32,000 nt of DNA from Geobacter sulfurreducens PCA (GTDB taxonomy: Bacteria > Desulfobacterota > Desulfuromonadia > Geobacterales > Geobacteraceae), in the NCBI RefSeq assembly GCF_000007985.2, contig NC_002939.5, positions 1,890,001-1,922,000 on the forward strand, written 5' to 3'. This document shows positions 25,421 through 32,000 of this stretch, piece by piece; the first letter of the stretch is position 1, and each line of letters opens with the position of its first letter. Both the position numbers and the translations under genes were made by a program. Under the pieces are notes generated by a model. It was not told the DNA's origin and did no database searches. It saw only the letters and a program-made list of their open reading frames with translations.

Positions 25421-25984
25421 ATGTACACTGTCGCCGATCTGAAAAAGGGGCTCAAGCTTACCCTCGACGGAGCCCCCTACCTGGTCATTGCGTTCGAGTT
25501 CTCCAAGCCGGGCAAGGGCCAGGCCCTCTATCGCACCAAGATGCGGAACATGATTACCGGCGTCATTCTCGACCGCACCTATCGCTCCGGGGAAACCTTC
25601 GAGCCGGCACGCCTCGAAGAGCGCCGGATGCAGTACCTGTACAAGGAAGACACCCACTACACCTTCATGGACAACCAGACTTTCGAGCAGGTTCAGATGG
25701 ACGAAGATGCCGTTGGCGATGCAAAAAACTTCCTCATCGACAATCTTGAAGTGGATATCCTCCTCTTCGGCGAGAAAGCCATCGGCGTAACGCTTCCCAA
25801 CTTCGTCAATCTCCGCGTTGTCCAGACCGATCCGTGGGTCAAGGGCGACACCTCGGGCAGCGATTCCAAGCCCGCCACCGTTGAGACGGGCTACATCCTC
25901 CGCGTTCCCCCGTTCATCGAGGAGGGCGAGATGATTGTCATCGATACCCGTTCCGGTGAATATTCAACACGGGTCAAAGGATAG
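25421..25984 (+). CDS. efp: Elongation factor P
   Basis: 187 aa with the KPGKGQA loop (Lys32, equivalent to E. coli Lys34). SD AAGAGGA. Confidence 0.95.
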   Translation: MYTVADLKKGLKLTLDGAPYLVIAFEFSKPGKGQALYRTKMRNMITGVILDRTYRSGETFEPARLEERRMQYLYKEDTHYTFMDNQTFEQVQMDEDAVGDAKNFLIDNLEVDILLFGEKAIGVTLPNFVNLRVVQTDPWVKGDTSGSDSKPATVETGYILRVPPFIEEGEMIVIDTRSGEYSTRVKG

Positions 25985-25989
25985 ACTCC

Positions 25990-26913
25990 ATGACCGGTAA
26001 CTGGAACCTGGCCCGCAGGCGCTCCGCGCTCTGGGCCAGGGCCCGCATCCTTGCAGAAATCAGACGTTTTTTTGTTGAAGGGGGGTATCTCGAAGTCGAG
26101 ACCCCCCTTCGCATTCCGGCACCTGCGCCCGAGTCCCACATCGATCCGGTGCCGTCCGGTCCGTGGTTCCTTCAGACTTCGCCCGAACTGTGCATGAAAC
26201 GGTTGGTGGCAGCAGGGTACGAGAGGGTTTTCCAGATTTCGCGGTGTTGGCGCGATGGCGAACGGGGAAACATGCACCTGCCCGAGTTCACTATGCTCGA
26301 ATGGTATCGGGCCGGAACAGACTACCGTGGGCTCATGAATGAGTGCGAAGAACTCGTCGGCGCCGTGGCTGCAGCCCTCGGCATGGGGGAAGTGCTGAAC
26401 GTCAAGGGAAGAAACATCCGTCTGGGAGCCCCGTGGGAGCGTCTCTCCGTGGCAGAGGCCTTTGAACGCTACTGCGACCGCACCATGGAGGAGGCCCTGG
26501 CCAACGACACCTTCGACGAGTGCATGGTTAACGACATTGAGCCGCGCCTCGGCTTCGCGACCCCAACCTTCATCTGCGATTATCCCGCCGACCGCGGTGC
26601 CCTCGCCCGCCTGAAACAGGATGAGCCGTCGCGCGCCGAACGCTTCGAGTTATACATCGCAGGCGTCGAGCTCGCCAACGCCTTTTCGGAGCTGACCGAC
26701 CCCGTTGAGCAGAGAAGCCGCTTCGAACAGGAGAAACTGTTCCGGGAGTCCCGCGGCAAAAGCGCCATTCCCCTGCCCGAGCCCTTTCTCGCGGAACTCC
26801 ACCACCTGCCGCCCACCGCCGGCATCGCCCTCGGCATTGACCGCATGGTGATGCTGCTCCTCGATCTTGATTCCATTGACGACGTAGTCGCCTTCACCCC
26901 GGAAGAACTGTAG
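25990..26913 (+). CDS. epmA: EF-P--(R)-beta-lysine ligase (GenX/PoxA, truncated class II LysRS paralog)
   Basis: 307 aa. Class II aaRS core motifs (FFVEGGYLEVETP; FQISRCWRDGE; ELANAFSEL; GIALGIDRMVML). The start lies 5 nt after the efp stop. Confidence 0.9.
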   Translation: MTGNWNLARRRSALWARARILAEIRRFFVEGGYLEVETPLRIPAPAPESHIDPVPSGPWFLQTSPELCMKRLVAAGYERVFQISRCWRDGERGNMHLPEFTMLEWYRAGTDYRGLMNECEELVGAVAAALGMGEVLNVKGRNIRLGAPWERLSVAEAFERYCDRTMEEALANDTFDECMVNDIEPRLGFATPTFICDYPADRGALARLKQDEPSRAERFELYIAGVELANAFSELTDPVEQRSRFEQEKLFRESRGKSAIPLPEPFLAELHHLPPTAGIALGIDRMVMLLLDLDSIDDVVAFTPEEL

Positions 26914-27955
26914 CCGGCTGCCCCACATCACGGTATTCGATGGTTTCCCCCGTGTAGGTGCGTAACAGCCACAGGTCACCCCGACGGCTTATGCAGTCCG
27001 GAAGCAACGGAATCTTCCCCTTGCCCCCTGGTGCGTCGATTACGTAGTGGGGCGTGGCCATGCCCGACGTGTTTCCCCGCAATGCCGTGAGAATCTCCAG
27101 CCCTGTTGCCACCGGCGTCCGGAAGTGTCCTGTGCCCCGAACAAGGTCCATCTGATGGATGTAGTAAGGGCGGACCCGGATGGAAAGAAGCAGTTGCATG
27201 AGCCGTGTCATCACAGCCGGGTCATCATTAACGTCGGCCAGGAGCACGGACTGGTTGCCCAAGGGGATGCCTGCGTCGGCAAGCCGTGCACATGCCTTGG
27301 CCGCCTCGGCGGTGATCTCCCGGGGATGATTGAAATGGGTGTTCACATAGAGGGGATGGTACCGTTTGAGCATGCGACAGAGCCTTGCCGTGATTCGCTC
27401 GGGCAGCGTAACGGGGGTTCGGGTCCCGATGCGGACCATTTCCACGTGCGGAATGGCAGCAAGTCGGGCAAGGATTTCCTCCAGCCGCTCATCGTCCAGC
27501 AGAAGCGGATCTCCGCCCGACAGGATCACGTCGCGAATCGCCGGCGTTTCGGCAATGTAGCGCAGCGGTTCGCCGAAAGGATCTTCACAGTGGCGGGAGG
27601 TCATACACCCCACCTGTCGCTTCCGCATGCAGAAACGGCAGTAGACCGCGCACTCCCCCGACACAACCCAAACGACGCGATCAGGATAACGATGGATGAG
27701 CCCCGGCACCGGCGAGAGACGCTCCTCGTGCAGGGGGTCGGACTGCTGGTCGTCGCACAGTTCGGCCGGATCGGGAATGCATTGTCGCCAGATCGGATCT
27801 CCCGGCGCTTCCACAAGACGCAGGTAGCCGGGAGTGATCCGCATCGGATAGCGGCGTATAACCGGCGCGAGCTGCCCGGCGTCGATCCCGAACCGCTCGG
27901 TAATCTCATCGGCTGTGGTGACTGCATCGGCGAGCAGCCGCCGCCAGGTTTCCAT
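26894..27955 (-). CDS. epmB: Lysine 2,3-aminomutase-like radical SAM enzyme (EF-P beta-lysylation)
   Basis: ATG at 27955 (METWRRLL...) sits 8 nt after GGGAGGAG. Radical SAM motif CAVYCRFCMRKR, KamA-family architecture. Its 3' end overlaps the epmA 3' end by 20 nt. Confidence 0.85.
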   Translation of the reverse strand: METWRRLLADAVTTADEITERFGIDAGQLAPVIRRYPMRITPGYLRLVEAPGDPIWRQCIPDPAELCDDQQSDPLHEERLSPVPGLIHRYPDRVVWVVSGECAVYCRFCMRKRQVGCMTSRHCEDPFGEPLRYIAETPAIRDVILSGGDPLLLDDERLEEILARLAAIPHVEMVRIGTRTPVTLPERITARLCRMLKRYHPLYVNTHFNHPREITAEAAKACARLADAGIPLGNQSVLLADVNDDPAVMTRLMQLLLSIRVRPYYIHQMDLVRGTGHFRTPVATGLEILTALRGNTSGMATPHYVIDAPGGKGKIPLLPDCISRRGDLWLLRTYTGETIEYRDVGQPATVLPG

Positions 27956-28038
27956 ACGTTCTGCTCCTCCCGCAAACGGACAGAGGCGGAGACACCGGTC
28001 CCCGCCTCTGGCATCGGCATGCATGCTGGCTGCCGGCG

Positions 28039-28956
28039 CTAGACCTCCAGGGCGCCGATCATCTCCTTAACATCGGCGATACCGTTATCCGCCAGATATC
28101 GCTCCATTTCCGCAGCAATCCGGCCCGCGGCGCCCGGATCCAGGAAGTTGGCGGTGCCAACCTGCACGGCCGTTGCGCCGGCAAGCATGAACTCCAGAGC
28201 ATCGATGCCGGTCATGATGCCCCCTATGCCGATAACCGGAATCTTCACCGCCCTGGCAACCTGCCAGACCATGCGTAGCGCGATCGGCTTCACCGCCGGT
28301 CCGGAGAGGCCGCCGGTCACGTTGGCCAGGATTGGACGGCGCTTGTCCAGATCAATGGCCATGCCGGTGAGGGTATTAATGAGGGAAAGGGCGTCGGCTT
28401 CCGCATCGGCACAGGCCCAGGCCATCTCCACAATATCGGTCACATTGGGCGACAGCTTGACGATCACCGGCTTGATGGTGGCCTCCCGCACTGCCTTTAC
28501 CACCGAATAGGCGGCCTTGGGGTCTGTACCGAAAACGATCCCGCCATGTTTGACGTTCGGGCAGGAAATATTGATCTCCACGGCAGCCACTTCGGGTATC
28601 AGGTCCAGGCGCTCGGCGAGTTCGGCATATTCTTCGAGGGTGTTTCCGAAAAAATTAACGATCACCGGCGTGGCAACCGTGCGGAGAAACGGTACCTTTT
28701 TCTCGACAAAGGCATCAATGCCCACATTTTGCAGACCGATGGCGTTCAGCATTCCACCGGTGGTTTCGACGATACGCGGGGTCGGATTGCCGGCCTTGGG
28801 CTTCAAGGACAGCCCTTTGGTGATGATGGCGCCGATCGCCTCCAGGTTCACGTACTCCGAGAACTCCTCGCCGTAGCCGAAGGTGCCCGAGGCGGTCATG
28901 ACCGGGTTTCTCAGCGTGATGCCAGCAATCTCAACGGAAAGGTCAGGTTTCTGCAT
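28039..28956 (-). CDS. pyrD: Dihydroorotate dehydrogenase, class 1B catalytic subunit
   Basis: 305 aa. [22 protein letters not shown] and [13 protein letters not shown] motifs. Paired with pyrK upstream. Confidence 0.92.
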   Translation of the reverse strand: MQKPDLSVEIAGITLRNPVMTASGTFGYGEEFSEYVNLEAIGAIITKGLSLKPKAGNPTPRIVETTGGMLNAIGLQNVGIDAFVEKKVPFLRTVATPVIVNFFGNTLEEYAELAERLDLIPEVAAVEINISCPNVKHGGIVFGTDPKAAYSVVKAVREATIKPVIVKLSPNVTDIVEMAWACADAEADALSLINTLTGMAIDLDKRRPILANVTGGLSGPAVKPIALRMVWQVARAVKIPVIGIGGIMTGIDALEFMLAGATAVQVGTANFLDPGAAGRIAAEMERYLADNGIADVKEMIGALEV

Positions 28957-28978
28957 TAGTGCTCCTCGCTCCGGGGCG

Positions 28979-29794
28979 CTACACCCATTTCAACTGATCA
29001 AAGGCGAAAACCGGCCCATCCTTGCACACGCAACGGTAGTCCGGCGACTCGTCTGAATGCTCCTTCCCCTTCACCACGCAACCAAGGCACGCCCCCATGC
29101 CGCACGCCATATAGGCCTCAAGAGAAACCTGACAGGGGACGCCGGTTCGCTCGGCGATGCCGGCCACGGCCTGAAGCATGGGCATGGGGCCGCAGGCATA
29201 GATGGTTCTCTTGCCCGCCGCGCCCCGGATGTGGCGCTCCATGACGTCCGTCACGAAGCCCCGATCGCCGAGGGTGCCGTCGTCGGTCGCAACGTAGGTT
29301 TCCACACCAAGCCGCTCGAATTCGGTCACGCAAAGGATGTCGTCCCTGGTCCTGCCCCCCAGGAAGAAGCGGACCCGTGAGCGCTCCACCAGTTTTTTGG
29401 CCAGATAGTAGAGCGGGGCGATGCCGATGCCCCCGCCCACGAGAATCTTCTCTTCGTCCGGATCGCCCAGGTCGAAGCCGGTGCCGAGAGGAGCCAGAAG
29501 GTCCACGTGGTCGCCATGGTGGTAGGTCGAAAGTGTTTCGGTCCCCTTCCCCACCACCTTGTACAGCATTTCCACGTAGGTCTGCGGGCCGCATCCGGAG
29601 AACTCGGAAGCCACGGTACCCACGTCGAAGATGCCGAAGGGACGACGCAGCAGGGGATCGATAGCGTCCCGGACCCGCACCATGATGAACTGTCCCGGTC
29701 TGGCATCGGCCAGTTCGGGAGGCGCAGACATTCTCATGCGGAAGTAGCCGGGAGAAACCTCGTGGTTCGAGATGATCATCGCCTTAAACTGCAT
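28979..29794 (-). CDS. pyrK: Dihydroorotate dehydrogenase electron-transfer subunit (FAD/2Fe-2S)
   Basis: ATG at 29794 ([13 protein letters not shown]...) follows AAGGAGAGGG. RRPFGI FAD motif and C-terminal [11 protein letters not shown]...C cluster. The start overlaps the rimI stop by 11 nt. Confidence 0.88.
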   Translation of the reverse strand: MQFKAMIISNHEVSPGYFRMRMSAPPELADARPGQFIMVRVRDAIDPLLRRPFGIFDVGTVASEFSGCGPQTYVEMLYKVVGKGTETLSTYHHGDHVDLLAPLGTGFDLGDPDEEKILVGGGIGIAPLYYLAKKLVERSRVRFFLGGRTRDDILCVTEFERLGVETYVATDDGTLGDRGFVTDVMERHIRGAAGKRTIYACGPMPMLQAVAGIAERTGVPCQVSLEAYMACGMGACLGCVVKGKEHSDESPDYRCVCKDGPVFAFDQLKWV

Positions 29795-30266
29795 GGGGGG
29801 AGCCCTCTCCTTCATCAGTTGAGTAAGTCATCAGCACGGCATCCTCGCCGTTTTCGTAGTATCGAGGACGCCGGCCGGTCTCGGCAAATCCGAGGCGGCG
29901 GTAAAGCGTCCTGGCGGAGGTATTCGACACGCGTACCTCCAGGTGGACGGTCCGGGCGCCTCGCCCGGCGAGTTCCGCTACGGCATGGGTTACCAGCAGC
30001 GCACCGATGCCCTGCCCGCGGAAATCCCGGCGCACGGCCACGTCGAGTATCTCGCCCTCGTCGAAAAGGAGTGTCGGACAGATATACCCCACGATGAGTC
30101 CGCCCGGCGACCGGGCAACAACGGGGAAAGAACGGGGGGATGCGAGTTCTGCGACGAAGTGATCCCTGGTCCAGGGGCGGGGGAACGAGTCGGATTCGAT
30201 CTGCAGAACCTCGTCCAGGTCGCCTTCGGTCATGGGCATTATTGTCGGGCAATCTGCGGTATTCAT
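29784..30266 (-). CDS. rimI: GNAT acetyltransferase, RimI (ribosomal protein S18-alanine N-acetyltransferase) family
   Basis: 160 aa. IMPMTEGDLDEVLQIESDSFPRPW N-terminus and acetyl-CoA motif RRDFRGQGIGALL. There is no SD, and a promoter-like element ends 11 nt upstream of the ATG. Confidence 0.75.
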   Translation of the reverse strand: MNTADCPTIMPMTEGDLDEVLQIESDSFPRPWTRDHFVAELASPRSFPVVARSPGGLIVGYICPTLLFDEGEILDVAVRRDFRGQGIGALLVTHAVAELAGRGARTVHLEVRVSNTSARTLYRRLGFAETGRRPRYYENGEDAVLMTYSTDEGEGSPHAV

Positions 30267-30277
30267 CGAGCGTACGC

Positions 30278-30306
30278 ATCATAGGCGAAGGACACCCCCT
30301 TGTAAA
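30278..30306 (-). promoter_or_regulatory. Sigma70-type promoter for rimI (near-leaderless)
   Basis: The minus strand reads TTTACA (30306-30301), a 17-nt spacer, then TATGAT (30283-30278). Only 11 nt separate the -10 from the ATG at 30266. Confidence 0.45.
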
Positions 30307-30342
30307 CCCTTTTTTCAGGCCTCAAACCGCGCCAGATAGGGT

Positions 30343-30371
30343 TTGACATTTACCGGTTCATGCGATAAATT
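30343..30371 (+). promoter_or_regulatory. Sigma70-type promoter for purM
   Basis: TTGACA (30343-30348), a 17-nt spacer, then TAAATT (30366-30371). SD and GTG start follow 16-29 nt downstream. Confidence 0.5.
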
Positions 30372-30399
30372 TTCACTTCTTTTAACGGGAGGAAACGTA

Positions 30400-31446
30400 G
30401 TGACAAAGAGAGGTTTTACCTATAAGGACGCCGGTGTCGACATCGATGCCGGCAACACGTTTGTGGGGCTCATCAAACCGTTCGTGAAAGCCACTTCCAG
30501 GCCCGAGGTCATCTCGGACATCGGCGGCTTCGGCGGGCTCTTTTCCCTGAACACCAACAAGTACCGCAACCCCGTCCTGGTTTCGGGAACCGACGGCGTC
30601 GGCACCAAGCTCAAGATCGCCATGATGGCCGACCGGCATGATACCGTCGGCATCGACTTGGTGGCCATGTGCGTCAACGACATCATCGTCCAGGGTGCCG
30701 AGCCGCTCTTTTTCCTCGACTATTTCGCCACGGGCAAACTGGACCCCCAGCGGGGAGCTGCCGTGGTTAAAGGTATCTCGGAGGGATGCGTCCAGGCCGG
30801 CTGTGCCCTTATCGGTGGCGAGACGGCGGAGATGCCCGGCTTCTATCAGCCTGGTGAATACGACCTTGCCGGGTTCACTGTAGGCGTAGTCGAGCGCGAC
30901 AACATCATCGACGGATCATCCATCACCGTGGGAAACCGTCTCGTGGGCATCGCCTCCAGCGGCCTCCACAGTAACGGCTATTCGCTCGCCCGCAAGATTA
31001 TCTTTGAATCCATGGGACTCGGCATAGACTCCATTCTGCCAGGACTCGGCATGTCCGCGGCAGACGCCCTGCTTACCCCTACCAAAATCTACGTCAAGAC
31101 CATTCTCAACCTGCTGAGGGACTTCCACGTGAACGGCATCGCGCACATTACCGGCGGCGGCCTGCTGGAAAACGTCCCCCGCGTCTTGCCCAACGGCTGC
31201 AAGGCTTTGGTGCATCTGGACAGCTGCCCGCTTCCGCCCCTCTTCTCCCTGCTTCAAGAGGCAGGATCCGTTGAGCGGGACGAAATGTACCGCACGTTCA
31301 ACTGTGGAATCGGCATGGTGCTGGCAGTACCCGAAAACGAGGCCGACGAGATACTTATCCGCCTTTCGGGACTTCAGGAGAAGGCCTTCATCATCGGCGA
31401 AATCGCCAAGTGCGAGCCCGGCGCCGAGATGGTCGAACTCGTATAA
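30400..31446 (+). CDS. purM: Phosphoribosylformylglycinamidine cyclo-ligase (AIR synthetase)
   Basis: GTG at 30400 sits 7 nt after GGGAGG (30387-30392). The TTG at 30343 in the ORF track coincides with a TTGACA -35 box. [12 protein letters not shown] and [10 protein letters not shown] motifs. 348 aa. Confidence 0.92.
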   Translation: MTKRGFTYKDAGVDIDAGNTFVGLIKPFVKATSRPEVISDIGGFGGLFSLNTNKYRNPVLVSGTDGVGTKLKIAMMADRHDTVGIDLVAMCVNDIIVQGAEPLFFLDYFATGKLDPQRGAAVVKGISEGCVQAGCALIGGETAEMPGFYQPGEYDLAGFTVGVVERDNIIDGSSITVGNRLVGIASSGLHSNGYSLARKIIFESMGLGIDSILPGLGMSAADALLTPTKIYVKTILNLLRDFHVNGIAHITGGGLLENVPRVLPNGCKALVHLDSCPLPPLFSLLQEAGSVERDEMYRTFNCGIGMVLAVPENEADEILIRLSGLQEKAFIIGEIAKCEPGAEMVELV

Positions 31447-31473
31447 ACGGGACGTGGCACCATGGGAGCCCCT

Positions 31474-32000
31474 ATGATTCAACCGCTTGCAGTTGGTGTT
31501 CTCGTTTCGGGCAATGGCTCGAATCTCCAGGCGATCATCGACCGGATCGAGGATGGCTCGCTCCCGGCGAGAATAGTCTGCGTGATCAGCAACAAAGCTG
31601 ATGCCTTTGGCCTTGAGCGCGCTAGAAAGCACGGCGTACCCGCCATCCATATCGATCACAGGGCCCACGGCGGCCGTGAATCCTACGATGCGGCCCTAGT
31701 GGAAACCCTGCGCTCCCACGGGGTGCAACTCGTCGTCCTGGCAGGCTTCATGCGCATCGTTACGCCGGTGTTGCTTGACGCCTTCCCCAATGCGGTCATG
31801 AATATCCATCCCGCCCTCCTGCCCGCCTTTCCCGGGCTCCACGCCCAGGCTCAGGCGCTCCGGTACGGAGTCAAGTTCTCCGGTTGCACTGTCCACTTTG
31901 TTGATGAAGGGACCGACACAGGACCGATCATCATCCAGGCAGCCGTCCCGGTCATGGATGATGACGATGAAGCCTCCCTTTCGGCCCGTATCCAGAGAGA
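31474..32000 (+). CDS. purN: Phosphoribosylglycinamide formyltransferase, N-terminal part (3' end beyond the window)
   Basis: My own translation of frame 1 from the ATG at 31474: MIQPLAVGVLVSGNGSNLQAIID...NIHPALLPAFPGLHAQ...CTVHFVDEGTDTGPII. It stays open to nt 32000. GGGAG lies 5 nt upstream, and an in-frame ATG at 31462 is possible. Confidence 0.88.
   Translation, partial: MIQPLAVGVLVSGNGSNLQAIIDRIEDGSLPARIVCVISNKADAFGLERARKHGVPAIHIDHRAHGGRESYDAALVETLRSHGVQLVVLAGFMRIVTPVLLDAFPNAVMNIHPALLPAFPGLHAQAQALRYGVKFSGCTVHFVDEGTDTGPIIIQAAVPVMDDDDEASLSARIQR

Noticed and set aside
1-32000. A search for CRISPR arrays, IS elements or transposases, integrases, prophage genes, tRNA/rRNA genes, and long direct or inverted repeats flanking any block.
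   Set aside because: I found none by eye. The only repeats are short local ones, which are reported separately. Apart from the low-GC patch at about 1740-2260, there is no compositional or gene-content sign of a mobile island.

Overview
This is a 32-kb chromosomal window of roughly 60% GC. Gene content and order look like a Geobacter/Geobacteraceae core region. From memory it resembles the G. sulfurreducens iorAB-paaK / efp-genX-kamA / pyrDK / purMN neighbourhood, but I cannot verify that here. I call 34 protein-coding genes, two of them cut by the window edges. I see no rRNA, tRNA, CRISPR array, transposase or integrase.

Gene order (> plus strand, < minus strand):
- SbcC-like ATPase (partial) > < Pol-beta nucleotidyltransferase
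- DksA/TraR zinc finger > radical SAM (AmmeMemoRadiSam type) >
- < 11-gene minus-strand operon: iorA-iorB-paaK-ACT-SBP-SBP-livH-livM-livG-livF-paaK
- monohaem cytochrome c >
- < ppx < Na/Pi-PhoU transporter < lipoprotein < periplasmic protein < barrel-OmpA protein < ihfB-like < TPR < rlmD < unknown
- infA > efp > epmA >
- < epmB < pyrD < pyrK < rimI
- purM > purN (partial)

Most of this is housekeeping. The loci that deserve a second look are:
1. The tightly packed ior/paaK/ACT/Liv-type ABC operon has duplicated ligases and duplicated binding proteins. It is driven by a near-consensus promoter with a hairpin plus U-tract in its leader. I infer an aryl-acid uptake, activation and reductive-carboxylation module rather than a branched-chain amino-acid importer.
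2. An AmmeMemoRadiSam-type radical SAM gene lacks its AMMECR1/Memo partners in the window. It is coupled to a DksA/TraR zinc-finger gene and sits divergent from a partly low-GC, apparently leaderless nucleotidyltransferase next to an SbcC-like ATPase.
3. A co-directional envelope/phosphate cluster runs barrel-OmpA, degenerate OmpA-like protein, Tyr-rich lipoprotein, Na/Pi-PhoU and short Ppx.
4. There are several small sequence-level oddities: repeat clusters, intercistronic hairpins, near-leaderless promoters, and convergent genes with no terminator room.

None of these is demonstrated to be a new system. All functional readings beyond family level are inference.
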